Source of the DNA: an uncultured Hormoscilla sp. | GTDB lineage: Bacteria; Cyanobacteriota; Cyanobacteriia; Cyanobacteriales; Desertifilaceae | Direction of reading: 5' to 3' | DNA: 64,000 nt | NCBI GenBank assembly: GCA_963921275.4 | Contig: OZ001293.3 | Location: forward strand, 992,001-1,056,000 | Shown here: piece by piece, positions 1 through 11,585 of the stretch | Numbering within the stretch: position 1 is the stretch's first letter | Layout: every line of letters begins with the position of its first letter | Program-made: the position numbers and the translations under genes | Notes under the pieces: generated by a model | What the model was told of the DNA's origin: nothing | The model's input: only the letters and a program-made list of their open reading frames with translations | The model's database searches: none

Positions 1-613
1 TAAGGAACCAGCGAAATAAGGCTATATGCGCTGGCCTAAAAAGGAAATGGTAGCTAGTATTAGTTTTAGACTCTGGCTAATATAGTACTCAAATAGCTCC
101 CGGGGTATAGTGTGGACCTAAAGGTATCGCGAAATGTTGTTAGGGAACGAAGTAACCTCTCGTGTGCTGTCCATCAGGACAAGTTAGATGTTAAGCGCAA
201 GCCACGGGGGGAGGGATGGCCCAAGAAGCGAATGCCCGGGGTAATTCCTGGGATAACATCTACAGTAATGTAGATGATGCTGGGTAGCCAGCGCTGACGT
301 GGGTCGGTGATACTAGGAAGCTGCTGGAATGAGTAATCCTAAAAAGCCACGGAACTAATCCGAAACGCAAGTGGAGGATAAGGTATGGATAACTGGTAAA
401 ACTGACTTGAAAATGGTGATACTAACGGTTATCAGAACAACCACTCGCTAAACCAGGAAAGGGAAGAAAAGACAGGCGGCAAGGGCTAACGGAAGTAATT
501 CCTATTAAGTCTACCTATGAAAAGGGCCTAGTACCCAGTAGCCGGATGCGGTGAAAATCGCAAGTCCGGTTCCTCAAGGGAGGGTCGGGAAGCGATTCCC
601 GGCTCGACCCCAT
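1..613 (+). mobile_element. ORF-less group II intron (IIB-like), 5' part outside the window, inserted antisense into the eCIS baseplate gene
   Basis: Domain V (gtagccggatgcggtgaaaatcgcaagtccggttc, 538-572) and domain VI with bulged A ending ...ctcgAccccat at 613. Near-identical reverse complement of 36774-37386 (one mismatch seen). Confidence 0.9.
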
Positions 614-2120
614 CCAAAGGACGATCGCAACTTCAACAGAGGCACAGATGCTTGGGGGTCTTGCTGCAATATTTCTGCTGCCGAGGATTCTTTTGCCCGT
701 GCGTGATTGTAAACTTCGCCGTAAGTTATATCCTTCTCTTGCAGTTGGGGACTATAACCACCCCCTGCTAGCACCTCCGGCAGTTCCTCTGACTGGCTTT
801 CGCCGTGATCTGCCAGTATGATATTACCCCGAGCTAGGCTAATTGGCACCGTGCCGGAAAAATCAGACGTTTCTCCGCAAATAGCCTTAGCTACCCACAG
901 AGGGAAAGTCAGAGCATCTTGAACATCCCATTCAATCTCCGTCATCTGCTGTGCCGTATAATCTGGCGGGTTTTTAAATATTCCTGCTAGGGGGTCTTCC
1001 TGGTCAGGATCTACCTTAGTCAAGCGTACCACCTGACGGCGATCGGGATTTCCCGCTTCGCCAGTTTCCGGATTTTTCACCTCTTCTAGTAGCAGCACAT
1101 CTCCAACTTGCAAACCATCGAAACGCCCTTTCAATGTCGCCTTCGTGGCCCCTTTTTCCAGATAAAGCTCAGAAGCACCCCAAGCATAGAATTCCATTTG
1201 ATTGTGCTCTGATCGCAGTTCTTGGTCGTGTAGGGTTTGGAAAATCCTTGCTCCTTTTTTTCCCAGCACCTCGGCAGCATCGCGAGAATCAGGATTAAGC
1301 ACAGGCACCGTGCTTGATGCACCAGTGACTAGCTTTGTATCCCTTTCTAGCACCTCCGGCAGATCCGAACTTAACTCCATGTATACCCAAACCCGGGCAT
1401 TGCAGCCTTCATGTAGAGCATAGTCTACCAGACGACAGTGGCGACGGATAGAAATGCGTTGTCTCGCCCTGCTCAGGTAAGCTTCTGTCGCCACCGCATC
1501 CTAATAATAGCTAGCACTATCAGCAGCATAAGCCAATATTTCCGTTAGCATAATCCCGATATCAGATGGATTGCGCTCTATCCATTCAGGCATCACCACC
1601 GACAAGCGATCGAGTATTAATTGGCGAAAGCTGCTATAGTCCTTTGCTAGATAAGTAATCTCTATATTTTCGCGAACCTTCAACTCCCCGGACTGCTGCT
1701 GTTGCGGGTCAACCTTAGTAACGATCTGATTTGGTTTTCTGAATCCAAAGCTCAGAGCCTTAAAGAACCGATCTAGCCTGGGTATATTAATCAGCTCTAA
1801 TGTATAGGAATTGCTCTGTTCTTCGCTCTCCCCGGCTTTCAACTCATGCCTAACCTCAAGTTTCAGCCGGTTTCCCTGGATCCCCCACTCACCGCTCCAC
1901 CTTTAGTAATGCTGATATTGCCAGCAGTGACTGTTGCGGGAGCCACCTGTTTAATTGTGCCCGATGCTGCTGGCACAAAATAGGCCCATATATTCCACTC
2001 GTCATTCTTGACCCACTCGACCTTAATATAATCAAGCCCTATCTGACTCGGGTGATGACTCAGGGCCACCCGTCGCTGACTTCGGAATTGGTTGTCTGTT
2101 GCGATCTTTTCGTCGATCAT
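614..2120 (-). pseudogene. eCIS baseplate J-like assembly protein (Afp11/12-type), with a frameshift near 1860, in-frame TAG at 1501 and intron interruption at 613
   Basis: ORFs 1863-2120, 1501-1842 and 574-1494 join into one baseplate protein (YLAKDYSSFRQLILDRL...YY*DAVATEAYL...ARGNIILADHG). Confidence 0.85.
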
Positions 2121-2479
2121 AGCGCCCCTCCCTGCTCGAACTGGGCCACTTCTCGTTGCTGATTGCGTCTAATTATATATGTAACTGTCACCTTTAATTT
2201 AGTATCTTCACTCTCTACCCCTAGGCTTTCTACTTGAATCAGTTCTCCCAACCACTCTTGCAAAGATCCTTGTACCATCAATTCTACCGCGCTATTCATG
2301 TCTTGGCTATTGGGAGCAAAAATTAACTGCATTAGACCGGTGCCAAAGCTTGGCCGGTTAACTCGTTCTCCCGGGGTCGTGAAGAGCACTTGCTCGATCA
2401 TCTGACGGATATGTTCTGACCAGTCCGCTTCTGCCACTCGCTTGCGATCGTCTATATGGAAAGGATATGCTATTTCCAT
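2117..2479 (-). CDS. GPW/gp25-family baseplate protein (Afp9-like)
   Basis: IAYPF...IEQVLFTTPGERVNRPSFGTGL motif. Stop overlaps the baseplate gene ATG. Confidence 0.9.
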   Translation of the reverse strand: MEIAYPFHIDDRKRVAEADWSEHIRQMIEQVLFTTPGERVNRPSFGTGLMQLIFAPNSQDMNSAVELMVQGSLQEWLGELIQVESLGVESEDTKLKVTVTYIIRRNQQREVAQFEQGGAL

Positions 2480-2590
2480 TTGTTAATTTTCATTTTAGCT
2501 ATAACTCTCTCACGTCATCATCGGCCTCACCGGTGGCTTAAAAACCCGGCAACTCTGCTCATAACTTACCACACTTACCATTCACAACTA

Positions 2591-3423
<833 letters not shown>

Positions 3424-3424
<1 letters not shown>

Positions 3425-4269
3425 TACATTACTTCTAGTTCCGCACCCGTCCCGTTTTCAATCTTTACTTGCACCTGAGATAGCTTAAGGCCAGCCCCTG
3501 CTTGGTTCTTGACATTGACTTTATTCGAGTCCACCTCTACTGCTGAGCCATCATTGCTTATTTTTATCCCTGATGAAGCTAATTTTACCTCTGACTTACC
3601 GTTCTTTAGCTGAATGCCATCCTGGGTAAAATCTGCCGTAGATGATTTTTTCTTCAATTTCATCCCCTCTGCCACCAGCTTCAACTCCCCCTCTTCCTTC
3701 TCCTTCAGTTGGATATGCTTAGCCGCAACATCCACTATTGTTTCCTGATTTTTAAACTCCAGCAACTCTTCTGTCATTTTTAACAGCGTTTCTTTATCGT
3801 TCTTGATTTCAATCCCCTCCTTATTTAACACCACTTTCAGCAACTTTTTCTCATTCTGGTTATCCTTTTTAGGCATTTTTACTTCCAATGTCACCCCTTC
3901 TTTTTGCTTTCGCCTACTCAAGATGAGAATGAGTTATTCGGTCTTAAAAACTTGAATCTCCGCTGGATCGTTATTTTGTTCGTAAGCCACCTCCGCCTCT
4001 TTAGGCAGTTCATCATCTCCCCAGAAACAGCCGGTCCAAATCGGGCGTTCTCGATTGCCGCCCTCAAATTCTACCCAGACCTTAGCGCCCTTTGGCGGGA
4101 TTGTAAACATCCCTACATCTTTGCCAGCGTATGGCACACAAGGCATGGCCCAGTTTTTGTTATCTGTGTCCAGAACCTCGGGCACGCTTACTTGCAGTCT
4201 GCCCAGCTTTTTGGGGTCTTGATTATTTTTGACTGTACCTCGATATTTTCCCAAAAATTCTTTTGTCAT
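3424..4269 (-). pseudogene. eCIS spike gp5/VgrG-like (OB fold plus beta-helix repeats), frameshifted near 3930
   Basis: FLGKYRGTV...DPKKLGRLQVSVP...WAMPCVPYAG...VWVEFEGG...PIWTG in 3934-4269, continuing in 3424-3921. Paralog of 8695-9510. Confidence 0.85.
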
Positions 4270-4376
4270 AGAACGCTGATTTTTTGTGGCCCAACCTGGG
4301 GTTCGTAGGACTTATCTCGCCTGTTCGGGAAAACCCTAGGACCGGTGCGGAGCGAGAGTATGGACATACTTAAGAG

Positions 4377-5273
4377 TAAGGCAGGCGATCGCCCTACCGC
4401 AGTCCGAAGTAGTCTAGCATAGGGAGCCTGTCGGGAGCAATAAACAAGTCTTTTTGCTCCTCCGACGAGCCCCGCCGGAAAATGCTAACCATATATTAGG
4501 GTATGCTCGCAGGATTGTCAACATCATTTCCCAAAAATTTCTATCAGAGAACCCTGATTTTTTCTAGCCCAACCTGCTTGCCCTTGTTGCTTGTCAATGT
4601 CATTGCCTGTTAGCACCTTCTCCATCACCGGCAGTATGTCCGAGTTGCCCAAATAATTTACTCTCTTATCCCGACATGCTCCCAGTAAGGCAGGCGATCG
4701 CCCTACCGCAGTCCGAAGTAGTCTAGCATAGGGAGCCTGTCGGGAGCAATAAACAAGTCTTTTTGCTCCTCCGACGAGCCCCGCCGGAAAATGCTAACCA
4801 TATATTAGGGTATGCTCGCAGGATTGTCAACATCATTTCCCAAAAATTTCTATCAGAGAACCCTGATTTTTTGTGGCCTAACCTGATTGCCCTTGTTGCT
4901 TGTCAATGTTATTGGTTGTTAGCACTGTCTACATCACCGGCAGTATGTCCGAGTTGCCCAAATACTTTACTCTCTTATCCAGAAATGCTCCCAGGCAGGC
5001 GATCGCCAACTCTCAAATCCTTTAGCCTGCCAGTAACAACGCTCCCAAAAAGGAGTTAACCATATATTAGAGCCTGCTCGCAGGATTGTCAACATCATTT
5101 CCCAAAAATTTCTATCAGAGAACCCTGATTTTTTCTAGCCCAACCTGCTTGCCCTTGTTGCTTGTCAATGTTATTGCCTGTTAGCACCCTCTCCATCACC
5201 GGCAGTATGTCCGAGTTGCCAAAATACTTTACTCTCTTATCCCGACATGTTCTCAGTCAGGCAGGCGATCGCC
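4377..5273. repeat. Tandem array of three ~215-bp repeats (about 4486-4702, 4795-5007, 5057-5273) separated by spacers
   Basis: The GCAGGCGATCGCC anchor recurs at 4381, 4690, 4995 and 5261. Spacers 4394-4485 and 4703-4794 are identical; 5008-5056 differs. Confidence 0.95.
4493..4521 (-). promoter_or_regulatory. sigma70-like promoter in repeat 1; copies at 4802-4830 and 5064-5092
   Basis: Minus strand reads TTGACA-N17-TAATAT in all three repeats. Confidence 0.7.
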
Positions 5274-5857
5274 AAACCTCGCCTTAAAGTTCGCTCTCCC
5301 CTGACGCTGCTTGCCTAATGGCTACATTCGGTGTTCCCCGTTCCCGTTCCCCGTTCAGTGTTCCCGGTTAAGCATTCCCCAAAATATCCAGAGTATTATT
5401 ACATGATACTGTGGGGTAATTGGGGGGTCTGACCCATTATCGATCTCAAGTATTGGCAACTGACAACTAACAACTACCGGCGTATACTCTTGTTAGGGGA
5501 GAAGCAATACTTCAAAGTTTTGGATATAGCTTGTCCGGAGCGAGGGAAGGATAATCGCGATTGTTGCACAACGACGGGATGACTTGCAACCACAGAATAC
5601 AGGCTGGTAGTGACCATGTACCAGAAAAATGACAACTGACAAATGACATTAGTCGAGCCGTAATGGCTCAGACCTACAAGCGTTAGTTTGTAGTGAGAGC
5701 GAAAGTTGTGCGCCAGGGGGAGCATGTCAAAGCAAGTAAATAAGTATTTTTGCGAAAAAACCTCATTACTGGCTCATTGGTCAAAACTTTGAGGTTCTTG
5801 AGAGCGATTGTCCGCACAACAGTTGCAAAACAAAAACGAAGCAGCCACACTACTCCC

Positions 5858-5915
5858 CCCACCCAAATCCCACCCAAATCCCACCCAAATCCCACCCAAA
5901 TCCCACCCAAATCCC
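5858..5915. repeat. 11-bp tandem repeat (CCCACCCAAAT) x5
   Basis: Directly visible in the sequence. Confidence 0.95.
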
Positions 5916-6579
5916 CTAAAATACGACATATAATCAGAAATATAGTCAAAAAAAGACTCTTGAAGAAAAATTTAGAGTTTTATCCAGAAGGCTCTCAAAG
6001 TAAGTATATTTTGCAATGTATCTCATAGATGCTAGCGGGCGATCGCTTTGATGCATGGGAGAGACGAGCGCCCTAACTCCCCTGCCGCCGGTGGTCCCCA
6101 TGCTTTGCAGATCGAGATGGAAGTAGAGATATGCTGAACACATAAAGGGAAAAAGGCGCTCTATTAAAATTTCGCGGGGTTGCACAATTACGGGACGATC
6201 GGGGCTGCTAATGGCCAATACTCAAAGGTTAATCTAGATAGTCATTGGTAGTCATGAATAGATGTATTTACTCTTTTAAACTAGCAATTAGCCAAAGTGC
6301 AATTTTCAACCATTGGCCGCTATCATCCCAAAAATGTGCAACGCCCGCGATTAATTTATGAGAAATTGAGGAGACCTCCCCGGCCTTCGCAGCGGCTGCG
6401 CAGCCAAAGCGCAATCTCCCGGCTCCCGGCTCTCCCAAAGCTTGGATGGGACAACTACCGGTCGATGTCCTAGTCACCAATATAACATTTTGTGACAATT
6501 ACCGAAAATTTGTAACAAGTCACCTTAGAGGAAGCGAATTCCGATAAAATAGATTGCAGTTAACTTACTCAAAGAATTA

Positions 6580-7212
6580 ATGAGTTCATTTCCCGGTTCG
6601 CCGCGTACCCTGAAGGGGGCAATAGCCTCGATCGACGCCTTGATACCGCTACCCAAGGTGATCGTGTTCCAATACAATCCAGAGACAATGACGCGGACAC
6701 TGACTTCCCGGATAGCCGGTTATGAAAACACTGAGGGAACGAAAATCAGCCAACCACCAGAAGAAACAATCAGTGTGAAAATCGAAATAGATGCCACGGA
6801 TCAACTAGAAAAGGCAGATGACACAGCAACCAGTCTAGGAATACACCCCCAGTTGGCAGCCTTAGAAACATTAATATATCCCATGAGCGTGGACGTAACT
6901 GCTCAGGAAGCACTGTTGCTAGCAGGAACTCTAGAGATATTGTCCAAAAGCCCGCCATTAACGGTGTTTATGTGGGGAGTAAAGCGGATAGTGCCAGTGC
7001 AGATCAAGAGTATGTCAATAGAAGAACAAGCATATGACGTAAATCTAAATCCGATCCGGTCAGAAGTTAGCCTAGAGATGCAAGTGCTCAGCTATAGCGA
7101 GTTTAAATTGTTAAGCGTGGGTGGTTCAATGTTTATGAGTCATCAGATCGCGAAGGAACTGATGGCGGTAATGAAAACTGTCAGCAGTGTCAGCAGTCTG
7201 GTGACTGGATAG
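6580..7212 (+). CDS. eCIS tube-initiator-like protein (Afp7/Pvc7 N-terminal type)
   Basis: SFPGSPRTLKGA...IVFQYNPETMTRTL...FMWG..RIVPV...EQAYD.NLNPIR motif, in eCIS context. Confidence 0.8.
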   Translation: MSSFPGSPRTLKGAIASIDALIPLPKVIVFQYNPETMTRTLTSRIAGYENTEGTKISQPPEETISVKIEIDATDQLEKADDTATSLGIHPQLAALETLIYPMSVDVTAQEALLLAGTLEILSKSPPLTVFMWGVKRIVPVQIKSMSIEEQAYDVNLNPIRSEVSLEMQVLSYSEFKLLSVGGSMFMSHQIAKELMAVMKTVSSVSSLVTG

Positions 7213-7237
7213 ACGGGAAGTAGAGGGAGAAAAAACC

Positions 7238-7540
7238 ATGTTATCAGAAGCAAGCCGTTACTACAATCTAGAGACAGCAAACTTCACAGACGCAGAGGGT
7301 AGGATAGTAGCCTACAAGCGTCGGCGGTTTCTGCCTCAGAGTGAAAAGCTGAAGTTGCTTTTAGAAGTAACGGTAACAGAGGGCGATCGGCTAGACGCGA
7401 TCGCCAACAAGTACATCGGGTCTCCAGAAATGTTCTGGCAGCTGTGCGATGCAAACAACACGATGAACCCCTTCGATCTGGCGGCCACCCCAGGGAAACA
7501 GATCCGGGTGCCCCAGCCAGATATCCAGGGAAATTTTTAA
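7238..7540 (+). CDS. eCIS LysM-domain protein
   Basis: VTVTEGDRLDAIANKYIGSPEMFWQLCDAN LysM-like motif. Confidence 0.85.
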   Translation: MLSEASRYYNLETANFTDAEGRIVAYKRRRFLPQSEKLKLLLEVTVTEGDRLDAIANKYIGSPEMFWQLCDANNTMNPFDLAATPGKQIRVPQPDIQGNF

Positions 7541-7561
7541 CAAATAGGTCTAAACAGAAAA

Positions 7562-8698
7562 ATGATCTTCCTGGGCGTACAACTGACTATACTAATAGGC
7601 AAGACAGTGCCAGTGTCAGCATCCCGCTTGCTGCTGGAATCCCTAGCTAGCGTTGAAGTAACAAACAGCGATACCGGGCGATCGGGGTTTCAGATGAGCT
7701 TTAGTGCCAATCGCAATGGGATGTCAGATCTAGATTATCCCCTACTAAAGGAGCTAAAGCAGTTTAACCGCGTCATCCTGGTGGTAATATTCAACGGCAG
7801 GCCCCACGTGCTCAGCGATGGCATAATAACCAACCAGCAAGTACAACCGAGCACTCAACCAGGGGTATCTTCAACAATAATAGCGACAGGGGAAGACGTG
7901 AGCGTGATGATGGATATGGAGGAAAAAATCGCACAGCATCCATCCCAGAATCAAACGACGATCGTCAGCAAAATCATTGCCCAGTATGCTCGATACGGTA
8001 TAATTCCCAAAGTAATTCCCCCCTCCGGGGACAAGCCCCCCTTACCGACCGAATATATTCCGACCCAGCGCGGCACTGACCTAGAATACATTTTGGAGAT
8101 GGCCGAGAGGAATGGCTATGTGTTTTATGTTTCCCCGGGACCGGCCCCGGGTACGAGCATTGCCTATTGGGGGCCGCCGAAGAAGTTGGGGGTACCCCAA
8201 TCAGCCCTATCCGTAAATATGGGGTGGCACTCCAATGTGGACTCAATTAACTTCCAGTATGACGCTCTAGCAGCTAGCGAGGCATCTGGAAAATTGCAGG
8301 ACCATAAAAACAATAAGTGCCAGGGGGTAAAAGTAAAATCCTCCAAGAGCAAGCGTCCGACTCTGGCTACCTCATCAGGATTGAAGCAGAGTAAAGTGCG
8401 GAAGCGCTTGCTTTCACCTCAGGGGTCGGATCGGTCCCAGTCTAAAGCCCGCGTCCAGTCGATAACAGATACTTCTCTAGACCAAGTAGTCACAGTCCAA
8501 GGAGAACTGGATTCCCAGAATTATGGTAGTTTACTCAGGACTCGGGGTTTAGTGGGTTTGCGAGGGGTAGGCAAAAGTTACGACGGGCTCTATTATGTCA
8601 AAAGCGTCACCCATAAGTTAGAGCGAGGAAAATATAAACAGAGCTTCACCTTGACCCGTGAAGGTTTAGGTGCAACTGTTCCAGTAGTGAAACCATGA
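7562..8698 (+). CDS. eCIS baseplate hub / phage late-control D-like protein (gp27-like half of VgrG)
   Basis: QRGTDLEYI...AERNGYVFYV and VGLRGVG.SYDGLYYVKSVTH motifs. Stop overlaps the next ATG. Confidence 0.8.
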   Translation: MIFLGVQLTILIGKTVPVSASRLLLESLASVEVTNSDTGRSGFQMSFSANRNGMSDLDYPLLKELKQFNRVILVVIFNGRPHVLSDGIITNQQVQPSTQPGVSSTIIATGEDVSVMMDMEEKIAQHPSQNQTTIVSKIIAQYARYGIIPKVIPPSGDKPPLPTEYIPTQRGTDLEYILEMAERNGYVFYVSPGPAPGTSIAYWGPPKKLGVPQSALSVNMGWHSNVDSINFQYDALAASEASGKLQDHKNNKCQGVKVKSSKSKRPTLATSSGLKQSKVRKRLLSPQGSDRSQSKARVQSITDTSLDQVVTVQGELDSQNYGSLLRTRGLVGLRGVGKSYDGLYYVKSVTHKLERGKYKQSFTLTREGLGATVPVVKP

Positions 8699-9510
8699 AG
8701 AACTTATTTGGCAAATATCGCGGAAAAGTTACAGATACGAAAGATGTAAACAAACGAGGTCGCCTGGAAGTGAGCGTGCCATCAGTCCTAGGAGACAAGC
8801 GCCTCTGGGCGGAACCCTGCGTCCCCTACGCAGGTAAAGATATTGGCATGTTTGCCATCCCGCCGAAAGGCTCGAATGTCTGGGTAGAATTCGAGGGAGG
8901 CAATCTAGATCGCCCGATTTGGACGGGTTTTTTCTGGTGTCCAACAGAAATGCCTACAAAAGCTGCTGAAGCTACAGTAGCGGGGGAACCAGAGAAGTAT
9001 CAGGTGTTTAAGACCTCCGGAGTCACGATCGCGGTCAGGAGTCTGAGCAAAGGGGAAAAATATCTGTCAGTGGAGGTGGCGAAACCGGTGGTGGATAAAC
9101 CCCTGAAAGTGTTATTTAATGACAAGGGAATTGAAATTAACAATAACAATAAGACGACGGTGAAATTAACAGAAAAGGAGATTGATTTAAAGAACGGAAA
9201 GGAATCTATAGTGATGATTACGGAAGAGAGCATCAAGCTAACGGAAAAGCAGGTGGAAGTAGAACTGAATAAGGACAAGATAGGATTAAAGAAGAGCAAG
9301 TCGATCGCCGAATTGACGGAAAGTGCGTTTAACCTAGAGAAGGATCAAGCAAAAGTACAGCTATCGGACTCAGGGGTAAAAATGAGTAAGACAACAGCGG
9401 CAGTGATAGAAATAACATCTTCGGCAATTAAATTAAAGAATGGTTCGGCGACTGTCGATTTGTCAGGCAATAAAGTAAATATAAACAAAGGGAGTTTAGA
9501 GGAAATGTAA
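8695..9510 (+). CDS. eCIS spike gp5/VgrG-like protein (intact copy)
   Basis: FGKYRGKV...RGRLEVSVP...WAEPCVPYAG...VWVEFEGG OB-fold, followed by beta-strand repeats. Confidence 0.88.
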   Translation: MKNLFGKYRGKVTDTKDVNKRGRLEVSVPSVLGDKRLWAEPCVPYAGKDIGMFAIPPKGSNVWVEFEGGNLDRPIWTGFFWCPTEMPTKAAEATVAGEPEKYQVFKTSGVTIAVRSLSKGEKYLSVEVAKPVVDKPLKVLFNDKGIEINNNNKTTVKLTEKEIDLKNGKESIVMITEESIKLTEKQVEVELNKDKIGLKKSKSIAELTESAFNLEKDQAKVQLSDSGVKMSKTTAAVIEITSSAIKLKNGSATVDLSGNKVNINKGSLEEM

Positions 9511-9562
9511 GTGGTGATTCGCGTAGGGCGGGCGTCTCGCCTGCCGGTCGGTGGTCAGGGGA

Positions 9563-10459
9563 CTAGGCGATCGCCTCCTTATGTAAGGATCGCTGCCAAT
9601 TTTCCTGAAGGCCCAGATTGGCAAGAAGTGCGATCGCCCTTATGGCCCGATCGGGGATAATAAGCTGGCGGGGCTTTTCCACTGGCAGCATAGGCGACCA
9701 AGTCAAATTAATCTCGATGCTATTATTGCCAATGATATCATATATCCGAGCAATTGCAGCGCAGAGATTAGCGCTAACTCCCTGTTTTTCCGTGCCGACA
9801 AAAGGCGATAAATTCCCCGTAGACAGAGATTTCTCTGCCGCCCAGGCGATCGCCTTCAAAGCTTGCACCCAGGTCTTGACAACTTGGCGATCGAATGGTA
9901 TCATATAATTATGAGCACCATGATGAGTTGAACTAATTGGGGATAGAATGGTAAGAATGCAGCCAGGATATGGCCTCGTCAATCCGAGTCGCAATTGACC
10001 CAGGTAAGCAAGGGCTTCTCCAGCGGGTTCTGGAAAGTAAGCTTGTCTTTTAAGAGTAGCACAAGCTGCCCAAAGGAGGGTATCTCTCAGAGATTGGATC
10101 AGATCGATGTTATCTGCCAGCAGCATGGTGCCCTTGTCAGCAAGAGTCGGAGGTACGCGCAAGGCGATCGCATCGGAATCGGAATTAATAATATCGCTGA
10201 GTATTTCTAACTGTGATCGATCTTCAGCAGATTCCAAATTTTCTATAACTTGACTGATGAGAATGGGAAAATCCGTAAATTCTGACTTCAAAGGTAACAG
10301 AATATCGAATTTATCTCCCGAATCAGTTTTCTGAATCCAAACAGATGCTCGATCGGCAATCATACTCTGTTGGTTCCAACCATTAGCTTGCAGGTATGTA
10401 GCCACCTGGGGTGGTTCTATAGCTTTAAGAACATCAAAATCTCGGATAACTGCTTTCAT
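9563..10459 (-). CDS. Conserved hypothetical protein, probable start MKAVIRD at 10459
   Basis: Long open frame with a YLQANGW motif. The upstream part of the called ORF appears to belong to the broken neighbouring gene. Confidence 0.6.
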   Translation of the reverse strand: MKAVIRDFDVLKAIEPPQVATYLQANGWNQQSMIADRASVWIQKTDSGDKFDILLPLKSEFTDFPILISQVIENLESAEDRSQLEILSDIINSDSDAIALRVPPTLADKGTMLLADNIDLIQSLRDTLLWAACATLKRQAYFPEPAGEALAYLGQLRLGLTRPYPGCILTILSPISSTHHGAHNYMIPFDRQVVKTWVQALKAIAWAAEKSLSTGNLSPFVGTEKQGVSANLCAAIARIYDIIGNNSIEINLTWSPMLPVEKPRQLIIPDRAIRAIALLANLGLQENWQRSLHKEAIA

Positions 10460-10941
10460 AGCGTTTCTCCTGCTCCAATGCGCTGCATAATCCTCTTCAT
10501 ATCGTCCACTGTGAACAAATTTTGGCGTGGCACGTATACTGTCACAGTCTCTTGATTTTCTGTCCCTGGCGATCCTCGTAATGACATCCAGTAGCCACAA
10601 CATTTCAGATTGATGCCACCACTGTTCTACATTTTCCGGGACTAAAATTACCACCAATATCAGAGGTATTACACGATTATCGTCTCTCAAGCGTTCGTAG
10701 TCTATGACTCTAAGAGGATACCTGCCGATCTCCAAGTACATTTCTAGAGGTAGATTTCACCTGCAAATGGACTTGAGGAAAACTCCGCTGCTCTCCCTTG
10801 TACTCCCAGTCCTGTAAAGATCGCGTCAATACCAAGTTTATCTAAGGGTGAGGATGCTCTCTGAAATGAGTAACCTGCCGCTGATGCCACAGTATATATG
10901 TACGCATAGCTGAATTCCTCTTTCTGGGTATTGAGATCCAC
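10460..10941 (-). pseudogene. DUF4365-family protein, frameshifted
   Basis: DLNTQKEEFSYAYIYTVASAAGY...LGID and YPL...YERLR...PLILVVILVP lie in different frames. Confidence 0.7.
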
Positions 10942-10967
10942 TCTTACACTACCTCCACCTCCGCTAA

Positions 10968-11585
10968 TTATACAATTTTTTGACATGGACGGGCACCGGG
11001 TTTAACAGCATGAACGTACTCGCTACCAGATGCGGGCCATCCCCGTCGGTAAGATGCCTCAGAGGGTTTTCCCCATCCTAGCTGCAAGACCATTTCCAAA
11101 AAATCTGACTTCTCCCATTTCCACAGGTAAGCCCATTCCGTTCTGCGAGCAAGTCCTTCTACCTCCCCAGGGGCGATCGGTCGGTAGTCCTTACCGCTGG
11201 CAACACTCAAATACAATTCCATCCCCAACGTCACCTCTTGCCAGAATGCCAACACTTCCGCCTGATGCGCCTTCAGGATCTCCAGGTCCCTAGAGAGAGC
11301 GATCAGCTGCTCGTGGACTACTGGATAATGGAGAATCTTACCCTTAACTTGCAGGTGACGCCAGACAATACCCGAGACTTGCCGTTTCCTCTGGTAGCGG
11401 TGAACCGTCGCCTTAAAATCTTGATAGGCCGTAAACTTTTGCAGCCCCTCAACGTTCAGCAAGCAGTCGATCGCAGGATTGCCAGACGCTTTGGCCTTAA
11501 GATTGAGGCGCTCTCCCTTTATGCAAGCTTGGCGCTCCGAGGTCAATATTTCGATTAACTCCTCAGTACTGTAGACCTGTGACAT
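10968..11585 (-). CDS. Conserved cyanobacterial hypothetical protein
   Basis: 205-aa ORF (YSTEELIEIL..ERQAC...QLGWG...GSEYVHA). Confidence 0.7.
   Translation of the reverse strand: MSQVYSTEELIEILTSERQACIKGERLNLKAKASGNPAIDCLLNVEGLQKFTAYQDFKATVHRYQRKRQVSGIVWRHLQVKGKILHYPVVHEQLIALSRDLEILKAHQAEVLAFWQEVTLGMELYLSVASGKDYRPIAPGEVEGLARRTEWAYLWKWEKSDFLEMVLQLGWGKPSEASYRRGWPASGSEYVHAVKPGARPCQKIV

Noticed and set aside
4377..5273. CRISPR array
   Set aside because: Repeats are ~215 bp, two spacers are identical, and no cas genes are in the window.
5683..6028. ORFs with WVGFGWDLGG or PTQIPPKS repeats
   Set aside because: They are translations of the 11-bp tandem repeat, which has no coding periodicity.
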